Source of the DNA: Bryobacterales bacterium
Lineage (GTDB): Bacteria > Acidobacteriota > Terriglobia > Bryobacterales > UBA6623
DNA: 64,000 nucleotides
Reading direction: 5' to 3'
Assembly (NCBI GenBank): GCA_963422375.2
Contig: OY729427.2
Location: forward strand, 288,001 to 352,000
The notes below the pieces were generated by a model. The model had not been told where the DNA came from. It saw nothing but the letters and a program-made list of their open reading frames with translations, and made no database searches. This document shows, in pieces, positions 28,455 through 39,002 of this stretch; the first letter of the stretch is position 1, and the number at the start of each line of letters is the position of its first letter. The position numbers and the translations under genes were made by a program.

Positions 28455-31349
28455 ATGGTGCGCGTGTCCGTCCTGCGCCAATTCCGTCGCCCGCTGGCCT
28501 TGGCTGCGGCCCTGTGCTTATGCTCCCGGCCCGGCCTGCCGCAGGCGCCCGACCTAGCGGAGCCCCCGGACGCCGAGTCTCCCGTATCCATCCGCCTGAT
28601 GTTCGGACTCGACCGGCTCACCCCTCAGCGCTGGGACGGGGCGATCAGCCTCTCTCCGGGCCGGGTCCTTGGTGTCGGAGGAGTGCATTTCGAGGGCCGC
28701 GACAGGATCGTCGGCAGGGACGGGTGGCTGCTCTCGAATCGGGTCACCCGCTATGCGGACTCCACGACTCCGCGCGGGTACGACCCCGTCCACACTCGCC
28801 AGTACGCGATGATTCCGAACGGCGTGGCCGCGACCGCGGACGCCGCCGAATATGCTGCCGTCCGCGTCGACACCGAGCAGGGCCGCTTCTCGTTCCCGTT
28901 GCGGGACCTGCGGTTCGGACACAGGCTGGACTTCCTGGACGGCCTCGCGAGCGCCGAACGGATCCCGGTCACCGCCGACCTCACGTCGGGCGACTCCTAC
29001 AACGACTATCCGTCCGTGGCGGCGGATGCCAGCGGCGGACTCTGGCTGTCGTGGATCTGCTACCTGAACGAGCGGGACTCGGTCTGGCTCGTCCGGCATG
29101 GAGACGGCGGATGGGGCGAGCCGCTGCGGGTATCGTCGGAAGAGTACGGCGACAACTTCCGCACGGCGGTAGCCGTCGGCCGAGGCGGGGAGGTCGTCGT
29201 GGTCTGGTCCGGGAAATCTCCGTCCGGCGAGTGGGGCCTCTTCTCGAGGGCTGTTCAGGACCGGGCCCTCGGGCCGCTGGCCGTCGTTGCCGACGCCGGG
29301 CCGAACCTCTACCACCAGGCTGCATCTGACAGCGAGGGCAACATCCACGTCGTCTGGCAGGGTTTCCGGGAGCGCCTCTCGATGATCCTCCACTCGAGGC
29401 GGACGGGGGACTCGTGGTCGCCCGAGGCGACGGTGTCCGGCGCGGTGGCCGACAGCTGGGCCCCTGCCGCTAGCGCGGATTCCAAAGGCGGGGTTTGGAT
29501 CGGCTGGGACGGGTACGACGAAGGGGACTTCAACATCTTCCTGCGCCGACTCGGGCCGGACGGCCGCTGGGGCGAGACCCGGCAGGTCACTCGGTCCCCC
29601 GCTTTCGACGCCAACGTGTCGCTAGCCTGCGACGACTCGGACCGCCTGTGGATCGCCTGGGACCACGGCGAGGCCAACTGGGGCAAGGACTGGAGCAGCC
29701 AGCGATTCAAGCCGGGAGGCGGGGCCGGTCTCTACCGCACGCGCTCGGTGAAGGTTGCCGCTCTCGAAGGAGGCCGGCTGCGCCAGCCCCCCGACTTCAT
29801 GGACGCGATCCCCGAGGCATTCAAGGACTACGTGCAGCAAGCGCGTCTCGCGGTCGACCCTAGCGGGCGCGTCTGGGCCATGGCGCGGTCCCTGACGAGC
29901 GTGACCAGCCGGGTCAACAACAACTGGGGGGCGGGCGGCATCTGGGAAATGCTGCTGACGCGGCTCGACGGCGAAGGCTGGCTGCCTGCTGCCCGGCTGC
30001 ACGCCACCAACGGACGGAACGACGCGTGGGCATCCAGCGCGCGAGCACCCGGCGGGCAACTCTGGTTCGCCTGGTCGCGCGACGCGCGGCCGTTCGGCAC
30101 GAGCCGGCCGCGCAACCGAGGCACGCCCCAGGCGCGCACGACCCACGTCTCCTACGCGACGGTCGACCCCGGACATCCGGCGTGGCGCGGGTCCGGCAGC
30201 CCGCCGCTGTCGGAGTTCCGCGAGAAGTCCGCGCCGGTCGCTCCGGTCCACCCGAACGAGGTCCAGGACACGGCCGCTATCCGCGCTTACCGCTACGAGT
30301 CCCGGGGCAGGACGTATCGGATCCTGCGGGGCGACCTGCATCGCCACACGGACATTTCCAGCGACGGAATCGGAGAGGGAGCACTGGTCGACTTCTACCG
30401 GTACGCCCTGACAGCCGGGCAGTTCGACTTCATGCTGGTCGGCGACCACCAGTACGGAGGCGACTCCGTGCCGGGCGTCGAGTACAACTGGTGGCGCACC
30501 GAGAAGTCCGAGGATATCTTCCTCGTGCCCGGCCGGTTCTGGCCGCTGTTCGGCACCGAGCGCAGCCTGAACTACCCAAACGGACACCGCAACACGGTCT
30601 TCGCGCGACGGGGCATCCGCTGGATGCCGATCCAGGCCGGGGAGAGGACCGGCTCCATCAACTCGGGCGAGGTGCTGTTCCCGTACCTGCGACGCTACGG
30701 CGGAATCTCAACACCGCATACCTCGGGGTCCGACCAGGGCACGGACTGGCGGGAGAGCGACCCGAATGTCGAGCCGATCGTGGAAATCTACCAGAGCCTC
30801 CACGCGTCGTACGAGTACCCGGGCGCTCCCCGCGCCGAGACGCGGGACACTCGCTACTTCCATCACGGCGAGCCCTGGCGGCCCGACGGCTTCGTGTGGG
30901 AGGCCTGGGCCAAGGGCATCAGGATCGGCGTCCAAGCCAGCTCCGATCATGTCGGCACCCACGACGCGTACGCTTGCGTGCTGGTGCCCGCCGGGCGTCC
31001 GACAACGCGCCAGGACCTGATCGACGCGATGAAGCTGAGACACACCTATGCAGCCACCGACAACATCGTTCTCGACATGAGGATCGAGGACCGCCTAATG
31101 GGCGATGCGTTCGCAACATCCGAGGAGCCGGTTGTGCAGGCCCGTGTCATCGGAACCACGCCGATCGAACGCGTCGTGCTGGTAAAAAATAACGAGATCG
31201 TGTACGCGGCTAGCCCGAACGCCAAGGAAACGGAATTCGAATACCGCGACCGCGAGGCGCAGCCCGGCGAGAGCTACTACTACATCCGGGCGGAGCAGTC
31301 CGACGGTTCGCTGGCGTGGGGAAGCCCGATCTGGGTCGCGTTCCGATAG
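28455..31349 (+). CDS. Exported beta-propeller + PHP-like metallohydrolase (paralogue of 11462-14317)
   Basis: Signal peptide; NWGKDW, RGDLHRHTDISSD, GDH, GHRN, SSDH, TYAATDNI, AWGSPIWV. Confidence 0.8.
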   Translation: MVRVSVLRQFRRPLALAAALCLCSRPGLPQAPDLAEPPDAESPVSIRLMFGLDRLTPQRWDGAISLSPGRVLGVGGVHFEGRDRIVGRDGWLLSNRVTRYADSTTPRGYDPVHTRQYAMIPNGVAATADAAEYAAVRVDTEQGRFSFPLRDLRFGHRLDFLDGLASAERIPVTADLTSGDSYNDYPSVAADASGGLWLSWICYLNERDSVWLVRHGDGGWGEPLRVSSEEYGDNFRTAVAVGRGGEVVVVWSGKSPSGEWGLFSRAVQDRALGPLAVVADAGPNLYHQAASDSEGNIHVVWQGFRERLSMILHSRRTGDSWSPEATVSGAVADSWAPAASADSKGGVWIGWDGYDEGDFNIFLRRLGPDGRWGETRQVTRSPAFDANVSLACDDSDRLWIAWDHGEANWGKDWSSQRFKPGGGAGLYRTRSVKVAALEGGRLRQPPDFMDAIPEAFKDYVQQARLAVDPSGRVWAMARSLTSVTSRVNNNWGAGGIWEMLLTRLDGEGWLPAARLHATNGRNDAWASSARAPGGQLWFAWSRDARPFGTSRPRNRGTPQARTTHVSYATVDPGHPAWRGSGSPPLSEFREKSAPVAPVHPNEVQDTAAIRAYRYESRGRTYRILRGDLHRHTDISSDGIGEGALVDFYRYALTAGQFDFMLVGDHQYGGDSVPGVEYNWWRTEKSEDIFLVPGRFWPLFGTERSLNYPNGHRNTVFARRGIRWMPIQAGERTGSINSGEVLFPYLRRYGGISTPHTSGSDQGTDWRESDPNVEPIVEIYQSLHASYEYPGAPRAETRDTRYFHHGEPWRPDGFVWEAWAKGIRIGVQASSDHVGTHDAYACVLVPAGRPTTRQDLIDAMKLRHTYAATDNIVLDMRIEDRLMGDAFATSEEPVVQARVIGTTPIERVVLVKNNEIVYAASPNAKETEFEYRDREAQPGESYYYIRAEQSDGSLAWGSPIWVAFR

Positions 31350-31484
31350 CAGCTGCGCAAGGCTAGCGAGACGAGCCAGCAGTCTTCGGACGGGCTGCCT
31401 CGGGCCGAGGCTGACGGGCGATCCCTTCCCGCGGAAGCGCCGAGCCGGCGTCACCCGAAAACGGGCTCGTCTCGGGCCAGCCGC

Positions 31485-31973
31485 TTACTTGACGAACGCG
31501 TCCCAGATCAGCTTGCCGATCCCCGAGAGTGCCGCGGCGATCACCGTGACCACGAAGACCCACAGCATCCTCAAGAGGGGACGAACCAATGCGTCGATCC
31601 GGGCGTTTACGTCCCTTAACCCGGTGTCGATCCGGGCGTTCATATCTTTGAACCCGGCGTCCATCCGGGCGTTCACATTCCTGAACCCGGCGTCCATCCG
31701 GGCGTCCACATCCTTGAACCCGGCATCCATCCGAGCGTTCGTGGCCGCAAGGGCTTCCTTCAAGTCGTCTACCTTCTCGTTCAGGTGGTCAAGCAGGGCG
31801 CCGTGGACCTTGAACTGTGCCCGCACCTCTGACATCATCGCATCGATGCCTGCATCGACCTGCTGCGCCGCCAACGCCCGGGTCGATTCGGCTACTACCA
31901 TGGCGTCCGCCCGAGACAGACCCGCATGCATCAAGGCCGAGGAGAGGTTTCCCAAGAGTTCGGTGACAGACAT
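31485..31973 (-). CDS. Coiled-coil repeat protein with C-terminal TM anchor (DUF1640/CCDC90-like)
   Basis: ALMHAGLSRADA N-terminus, 11-aa repeats NARMDAGFKDV, hydrophobic C-terminal helix. ORF open to 32003. Confidence 0.7.
   Translation of the reverse strand: MSVTELLGNLSSALMHAGLSRADAMVVAESTRALAAQQVDAGIDAMMSEVRAQFKVHGALLDHLNEKVDDLKEALAATNARMDAGFKDVDARMDAGFRNVNARMDAGFKDMNARIDTGLRDVNARIDALVRPLLRMLWVFVVTVIAAALSGIGKLIWDAFVK
31591..31740. repeat. 33-bp imperfect tandem repeat (about 4.5 units), coding
   Basis: Consensus roughly GCGTCCATCCGGGCGTTCACATCCTTGAACCCG. Confidence 0.92.
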
Positions 31974-32255
31974 CGACGCATCGCTCGACTTGCGTTTCCT
32001 CAATTTCGTGTGCTTCCTTTCTGATGGTCAGATTCGGCACCGCAGGGACGCCTTCGACCCTTGTATCGTTGCAATTCTTTCGGCGTTTGTCAATCGCGAG
32101 GAACTATTGTCTTTCCACCGGGGCGACGATTCTCCCTGTCGACAGCGAGGAGCATGACCGGAAGCGGGCTGCGGGCGCTAGGCACGTTACCTTGGGGCCA
32201 GCCTGCAGCAGCTCCGTCCAGGGTGCGCCGGGCTAGGTCGCGACACCCCATAGGC

Positions 32256-33233
32256 ATGACGGGGACGACCCGACACCCGGTACTCGCCCAGCTTGCCTGC
32301 GCGGGGTGCCCTCGGATGATGACGAACCCGGACCGGCCGGCCAGCGCCCGGTCACCTTGGAAGTTCGCCATCGGACTGAACGGCTTCGGGTCGTCCGAGC
32401 CCCATCACGGCAAGCGCTACGTCTACGAGGAAATCCTAGGATTCGCCCGCATCGAGGCCTTCGCGGGTATCGAGCTCTGGCGGAACTGGCGAGCGGGCTT
32501 TCGGGACCCGTGCAACGACCAGGCCATGCTGACGTCGCGACGCAAGATCGAGTCGTACGGGCTGCAGGTGTTCTCGATCCAAGCCGGAGCGTCGGGAGTC
32601 AACCCGGAATCGGACAACCCAGCGGAGCGGGCCGAGTACGAGAGCCGGCTCAAGCGGCAGGTCGACCTAGCAGCCAAGTTCGGATGCGACGCGATGGGGC
32701 CGTAGTCGGCCGGGCGGCAGCCCGCGCATCTGGACGAAGACGGCCTGATCGAGCGATTCGCCGACGTGGTCCGCCCGGTCGCGCGCCGCGCAGGTGAGAG
32801 CAGCATCGTCCTCGCGATCGAGGGCGAGCCTGCGATGCCGATCAATTCCCCTGCCCGCTACCGCAAGCTGTTCGACGCGGTCGGCCTGCGCGAGTTCAAG
32901 GCCATCTTCGATCCAGCGCACTTCGACGTGCTCAATGGCTTACACAGGCACCTGGAGGACCTGCTGCTCGAACCGGGCGCGAGCCGGATCGGCTACGTGC
33001 AGTTCTGCGACGGGGTTCCACGCCACAGCCTATCCCGAACGGCGGGACCGGTACCTCGAGGCACCTGCCCTGCGGCGACGGCGTCTACGACTTATCCGAA
33101 GCCCTACTCGATCCTGTACGAGGGCGGCATTCGCGGCTGCTTCCAAGTGGACAGCTGGGGCACGGAGGACGCGTACCGGACCTCCAAGTCGTGCCTTGAC
33201 GCCGTCCGGGGCCACTTGCGCGACGCCGCCTAA
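32256..33233 (+). pseudogene. Sugar-phosphate isomerase/epimerase (xylose-isomerase-like TIM barrel) pseudogene
   Basis: FAGIELW...LAIEGEP...IFDPAHF...YVQFCDG. In-frame TAG at 32703-32705 and frame disturbance after about 33015. Confidence 0.8.
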
Positions 33234-33294
33234 GACCCTGCCTCGAGGGCATTGCGCAAGCGAATGCAGCCACTGGATTCCCTTCTCGGGAGGA

Positions 33295-33373
33295 TGGTAG
33301 GCCCGAGCGGACTCGAACCGCTGACCTCTACCGTGTCAAGGTAGCGCTCTAACCAGAACTGAGCTACGGGCCT
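33295..33373 (-). tRNA. tRNA-Val(GAC)
   Basis: AGGCCCG/CGGGCCT acceptor stem, anticodon arm CTACC-TTGACAC-GGTAG, T-arm AGCGG-TTCGAGT-CCGCT, encoded CCA. Confidence 0.97.
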
Positions 33374-33584
33374 GCAAGCCACCTGGCGCGAGCGCGCCAC
33401 CAAATGCCAAGCAGCGGCCGGCAGGCGTATCGGCTGCGTCCCTTGGATCATAGCACACCGCCGAAGAGCACCTCCGGCAGTGCATCCCCAAGCGAGGGAC
33501 CCCGGCTGACCCGAGACCCGCTGTATTGTATCTTGGATCGGGCGAGCCGCCACTTGCCCGCGACGAGCGGCCGGCCCGAATCCG

Positions 33585-34445
33585 ATGAGACCCAGAACGC
33601 TTCCACGCGCCGGCAAGGCCGCCTACCGCTCCGCATTCCTGATCGTGCTGGCAGCCGCCACCGCCGACGCCGCGCCCATCCCGGCTGACGCCGAAGGGTC
33701 CGTCGCCGCTCTCGACAATTCGCCGCGGCACGGTGAATGGGTCGACATCACGGAAGGCCGCGCGCAGTCGGGCCGCTGGGGCGACACCGTCCGCACCTGG
33801 GTTTCCTACCCGGAGCGGGCGACCCGCGCTCCCGTGGTGGTAGTGATCCACGAGATCTTCGGCCTGACCGATTGGATACGGGCGGTGGCCGACCAGCTAG
33901 CTGCCGAGGGCTTCATCGCCCTCGCGCCCGACTTGCTCTCGGGCATGGGGCCGGACGGCAGCGGGACCCCGCCCGAACGGCAGCAAGCCGTCGCCTTGGT
34001 GCGGTCGCTGCGCGTCGAGGACTCGACCCGCCGCCTGAGCGCGGTGGCGCGGTACGGTGTCTCGCTTCCCGCCTCCAACGGGCGCTTCGGCGCGGTCGGA
34101 TTTTGCTGGGGAGGCAGCGCGAGCTTCCAGTTCGCCGCCAACGAGAGCGACCTAGGGGCGGCCGTGGTCTACTACGGCAGCTCACCCTCCCGCGAGATGC
34201 TAGGCCGGATCCGCGCACCCGTCCTCGGCCTGTACGGGGGCGACGACGCTCGCGTGAACGCGACGATCCCGCCCGCGGTGCGCGAAATGCGCCGGCTCGG
34301 CAAGTCCTTCGTGCCGCACCGGTTCAATGGAGCGGGGCACGGTTTCCTGCGACAGCAGACCGGGCGCGAGAGCGCGAACCTAGCCGCTGCGAAGCTCGCT
34401 TGGCCTAGGACGGTGGACTTCTTCCGCGAGCATCTCGAGCAATGA
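33585..34445 (+). CDS. Dienelactone hydrolase family protein (exported)
   Basis: HEIFGL, GFCWGG nucleophile elbow, DARV, AGHGF. Confidence 0.93.
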   Translation: MRPRTLPRAGKAAYRSAFLIVLAAATADAAPIPADAEGSVAALDNSPRHGEWVDITEGRAQSGRWGDTVRTWVSYPERATRAPVVVVIHEIFGLTDWIRAVADQLAAEGFIALAPDLLSGMGPDGSGTPPERQQAVALVRSLRVEDSTRRLSAVARYGVSLPASNGRFGAVGFCWGGSASFQFAANESDLGAAVVYYGSSPSREMLGRIRAPVLGLYGGDDARVNATIPPAVREMRRLGKSFVPHRFNGAGHGFLRQQTGRESANLAAAKLAWPRTVDFFREHLEQ

Positions 34446-34505
34446 ACTCGCCGGCGGCTTGCGTGGCGCCGCCCCGGCGGTATGATGCTGCCAGGTGCCT
34501 TCGGA

Positions 34506-35729
34506 TGACTCGCCTGACCCCGCTCCTGCTGCTAGCCGCCTCGCTGGCCGCGGCGCAATCCCCTCCGTGCATGGCCGACGCCTTTCTCGACGTGTCCGAC
34601 TCGCCGGGCGCGGGCCCGGAATACGCCCGGCCCCGGGTGGAGGCCGCCTGCGAGGGGAACGAGCTGGTGGTGCGATCCAACGGAATCCCGCATTACGAGT
34701 TCGTGCAAATCACGCCCAACCCGCTCTTGGAAGTGGACTACGAAGTCCGTCTGCCCGCTAGGCCCGCGGTCAATGCCGCACCGACCCCGATTCCGCTGCT
34801 CGGGGGTATCGGCGTGGCGGTGAACGGAATCGTGATCTTCGGACCGAACGAAGGGCCCGTGCCGACCGAGGAGCAGTTCGGCGATCCGATCTACAACTCG
34901 ATCATGGACGCCTGCATGGGCCACACGGCCCGCGAGTACCACTACCACGCGCTGGTGCAGCGATGCCTGAGCCAGGGCGTCAAGGACGGCCAGCCGTCGC
35001 CCGTGCTCGGATTCGCGTACGACGGCATCCCGATACGCGGCCCTTGGGGCTGCGCAGATGCCGGCTGCGAAGAAGTTGTCCGGTACCGCAGTTCCTGGGA
35101 ACGGGTGCGCGAGCCGCATCAGGACGCCTGGGACGCTTACGACCACGTGGAGAGGGACGATCCCGAGTACCTTGACGCCTGCAACGGCCACACTGGCCCG
35201 GACGGGGAGTATCACTACCACGCAACGGAAACGTGGCCCTACATTCTGGGCTGCTACGCCGGAACGCCGGTCGCTCGGACCGGTCGGGGCCGTCGGCCGC
35301 CAGCCGTCAGTGAGGCCGGCCCCGGTCCCGGCAGAGGACCGGGGCGAGAGGCAGGCCGCGCGGGCGCGCCCCGGCGGCCGCGCGGCGGGCCCGGCCCGCC
35401 CGAGCGAGGACGAGGTTGCGACGGCGGCACAGACTCTCGGCACGAGCTCGGAGAATGTGACCAAGGCCCTGAGGGCAGAACCGGGCAGCATAAAGCCGCA
35501 GAACATCGATGCCTCCGCCCGGACGCTGCAGGTCGAAACGGGTCGGCTGCTGGAAGCGCTGGAGCGCAGGCAGGCACCGAGGCGCCCGCGCCAGAACCAA
35601 GCGCCGCCGGGCGAGCCGGAGTGCTTCTTCCGATGCGGGCAGAGCGAGGAAGACGCCGTCGGATGCACGCTGACCCCGGAGCACAAGGTCGTCTGCTTCC
35701 GGCCGTGCGACGACAACAAGTGCGGCTAG
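34506..35729 (+). CDS. YHYH-domain exported protein with a probable +1 frameshift near 35390
   Basis: Signal peptide MTRLTPLLLLAASLAAA; SNGIP, IGVAVNG, DACMGH, YHYH, GFAYDG, LDACNGH, YHYH. A protein-like C-terminus (RPSEDEVATAAQTLG...CFFRC...CDDNKCG*) lies in the +1 frame. Confidence 0.75.
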
Positions 35730-36883
35730 CTAGGACGTCGCTCCTAGCTGCGGGCGTCCTAGCAGCCATCGCAGCGTGGCCGCAGGATCCCGCGCCTCCG
35801 CGGGGGGACCACTCGCGGCATCCGGTCCTGGACGTGCCGGAAGGGCTTCCCGTGCCGTCGGTCTCGGTGCGAGTGTACCCGGACGCGATGGACGGGTTCA
35901 ACGTGCTGTTGGAGACTACCGACTTCCGCTTCGCGCCCGAGAGCGTGGGGCAGCCTGCTGTCGCGAACGCGGGCCACGCGCACCTCTATGTCAACGGAGA
36001 GAAGGCAGCCCGGCTGTACGCCCCCTGGCACCACCTGTCCGGCAAGTTGCTCCGCGACGGCGTCAACCGGCTCGAGGTCGAGCTCAGCGCCAACGACCAC
36101 TCTGTGTGGGGGGCGGCTGGCGAGCCCGTCGGCGCGGACCTGCTGATCGACACGCACGACGCGGACGGCGACCCGGTCGTCCGCGAGGAGGTTCGCTACA
36201 CGCTCGACTGGGACTGGGGCAGCGCCCTCAGGCACCCCGCTGGCGGCTGGACGGCGCAAACCGACCTAGGGTACTCCGTTCACGTGACGGCCGGCCAGCT
36301 CGTGACGAGGAATCTGGAACTGGTCCCGTGCCACGCGGTGCCGGTGTCTCCGGCCCTTGCCTCGCTGCTTCGGTGGGCAGCCCCGCGGGAGGCTTTGGCA
36401 GGCCACAGCAGCCTCGTACCGAACGAGTCGAAGATCTCGCGGTCATTCGCGGAGGACCTCGCCGCCCCGCAGGCCGCGTTCCTAGAGAGCCGCGTCGTCA
36501 CCGATCCCGAATACTGCCGGGGGCACTACCTGGTCGCACGGCCCAAGGGATCGCCCCCCGGGGAGTTCGCCCTGGCGGTCGAGGGCACTTGGACCCGAGC
36601 CGGCGTAGATGGGCCTGCTACGTTCCGCATCGAGTCGGCGGGTGCGTACGGCAAGTTTCTCGCGCTCTCGACGGAATCCGGCACCGCTCTTGACCGCAGG
36701 TGGATCGTGGGGGGCCTTGACCTGACCCTGCGCCGCGCGCTCGCGACCATGTTCGACGGCATGGAATTCGACGGCGGGCGGACGTCCGAACTCGGCTCGC
36801 GCGCCATGCGAAACCTAGTGCGTGGAGCCGCACTCGTCGTCGGGGCCAGAGGATCGGAACAGGCGTCCTCCGAGCGTCCGTGA
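35720..36883 (+). CDS. Exported His-motif hypothetical protein (probable metal-binding)
   Basis: GTG 35720 overlaps the upstream stop. Signal peptide VRLARTSLLAAGVLAAIAA; DAMDGFN...GHAHLYVNG...ANDH domain, then a second domain with LVPCH...ALAGHS...YC. Confidence 0.65.
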   Translation: MRLARTSLLAAGVLAAIAAWPQDPAPPRGDHSRHPVLDVPEGLPVPSVSVRVYPDAMDGFNVLLETTDFRFAPESVGQPAVANAGHAHLYVNGEKAARLYAPWHHLSGKLLRDGVNRLEVELSANDHSVWGAAGEPVGADLLIDTHDADGDPVVREEVRYTLDWDWGSALRHPAGGWTAQTDLGYSVHVTAGQLVTRNLELVPCHAVPVSPALASLLRWAAPREALAGHSSLVPNESKISRSFAEDLAAPQAAFLESRVVTDPEYCRGHYLVARPKGSPPGEFALAVEGTWTRAGVDGPATFRIESAGAYGKFLALSTESGTALDRRWIVGGLDLTLRRALATMFDGMEFDGGRTSELGSRAMRNLVRGAALVVGARGSEQASSERP

Positions 36884-37049
36884 GCGTCGTCGGACGCCGA
36901 AGCGGGCGGCAGCGGGCCGGCGATGACCGCGGCAAGGGCTGGCCGCGGGGCGCGAGCCGGCACCCACCGGGGTGACCTCGCGCCACGCGGGACCCTCCGA
37001 GATCAGCCCGGACTCGGGGCGGTCTCGGCAACATCGGGAGAGGCCTCGA

Positions 37050-38750
37050 CGACCAAGAGCTGGTTGAACGCCTCGCGGTTCTTCCGGAATAAGCAGTTTC
37101 AGTTTCCGCCTGACCGCCCCGGACTCGGCCAGCTCTCCTTGCAGCAGGGATTCCTTCGGACTGCTCTGAGCGCGAACGGCACCTTCCCTGCCCCACTTCC
37201 AGAGCGAGCCAAGCATGCGCCAAGACAGCAGATTTCGGCAGGCATAGGCCTTGCTCGCACATCGGGCCGAAGGCGTGTTGCGCGACCGCATCGCTTCCCG
37301 CCGCTGCTTGGTGGAACAATTCCCTAGCCCGGTCGAAGTCGGCCGGTACGCCATCGTCCTCGATGTGCAGGACGCCTAGGAAGCGCTGGGCATCCATACG
37401 GCCTTGCTCGGTCGCCTTCCTAAACCAAGTACCGGCCTGTTCGGCGTCCCTCGGAACACCCCGGCCCACTTCGAACCTGTATCCAAGGATGTGCTGCGCA
37501 GATGCCTTCCCCGTTCGCCTGCCGCCGTGCCGCAGCTTCAGGCGCATACCACTCGATTCCAACGCCATGCTCGTTCAACAGGTCCAAGGAGCGCTGTGCT
37601 TCTGGATGGCCCTTGTCCGCGGCCTTGCGCAACCAGAGTGCCGCTCTCTCGTGATCCCTCGGGACGCCCGTGCCCCTTCGGCAGCACATCCCCATGCCGT
37701 ACTGCCCTAGTCCGTACTCCTGGTCGGCCGCCTTGCGGTACCCTTCGGCGGCCTTGCGGAGGTTCTGACGGACGTGCGTGCCTTCTGGGAGCAGGGCACC
37801 GAGAGCGACATAGGCCGGCGCCCGGTCCTGATTGGCTGCCTTGACTATCCACGCCTTGCCTGGGCAGGGCCCCTCGACACTCCCTCGCCCTCGAGATAGG
37901 ACTTCCCGAGGTTGTGCTGGCCCATGGGCACGTCCGGATCGGCCGCCCTGCGGTACCATGCCGCCTCCTCGTCAACGTCCCGGGCGATTCCCAAGCCCTT
38001 CGCGTGCAGCCAGCCCAGCATGTCGCGGGCGAGACCGTTCTCCTGGCGGGCTGCCTAGAGGAACCAAGTCGCGGCTTGCTTGTAGTCCTTGGGCAGGCCG
38101 TCGCCCTCGAAATATTGCGTGCCTTCTGGGAGCAGGGCACCGAGAGCGACATAGGCCGGCGCCCGGTCCTGATTGGCTGCCTTGACTATCCACGCCTTGC
38201 CTGGGCAGGGCCCCTCGACACTCCCTCGCCCTCGAGATAGGACTTCCCGAGGTTGTGCTGGCCCATGGGCACGTCCGGATCGGCCGCCCTGCGGTACCAT
38301 GCCGCCTCCTCGTCAACGTCCCGGGCGATTCCCAAGCCCTTCGCGTGCAGCCAGCCCAGCATGTCGCGGGCGAGACCGTTCTCCTGGCGGGCTGCCTAGA
38401 GGAACCAAGTCGCGGCTTGCTTGTAGTCCTTGGGCAGGCCGTCGCCCTCGAAATATTGAATCCCCAAGTTGTACTGGGACGGCGCGTGTCCCTGCTCCGC
38501 CGCCTGGCGGCACCAAGCAGCGGCCAGCGAGGAGTCCTGGGACACTCCCATGCCGACATGCAGCAGCTTCGCCAATTCGAACTGAGCCTCGGGATCGCCC
38601 CCTTGGCCATGGCCCGCAATTCCCGCAACCCGCCGACGCGAATTGGAGCGACGTATCCCCGCCTTCACCGATCCCTCCTTCGCGCCAGCAAGCGATGCGC
38701 CTACCCCTAGGAAGCCGCCGCCCGGGACCCAGCGCGACCGGTACGTTCAT
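37050..38750 (-). pseudogene. Sel1-like repeat protein pseudogene
   Basis: DPEAQFELA...GMGVSQD...AAEQGHAPSQYNLG, AADKGHPEAQ, GRGVPRD...WFRKATEQG across several frames with stops. Boundaries approximate. Confidence 0.88.
37775..38458. repeat. 341-bp direct tandem duplication
   Basis: 37775-38115 repeats at 38116-38456 and looks identical by eye; 2-bp TG microhomology at the junction. Confidence 0.93.
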
Positions 38751-39002
38751 CGTCACGAGCGGCCCGCCGACCCGCGGGGATTCCGCACGCACTTGCGACC
38801 GGTTCCCTTCCAAGGACCTCAGTCGCTGGGAGCCGCAGGCCGGGCAGCCGGCCGGGACTATCCCGGCACACTTCCTTGAGTCGCGCGAACACCGCCAGAT
38901 CGCTCCGCAACCGGTCCCCCGAGCCCCGGGCCGCTGCGAGGAGACCCGTGCCGCCTTCGCGGCAGCGGGCGACATCTCCCCGGCATGCTACGTTGTACGG
39001 CT

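Noticed and set aside
31591..31740. 33-bp repeats as a CRISPR array
   Set aside because: No spacers, the units are in-frame coding repeats, and there are no cas genes in the window.
32703..32705. TAG read-through or pyrrolysine in the TIM-barrel gene
   Set aside because: Probably TGG to TAG; the gene has further frame damage and no pyl genes are visible.
37775..38458. 341-bp repeat as terminal repeats of a mobile element
   Set aside because: The units are adjacent, enclose no cargo and consist of Sel1 coding sequence.
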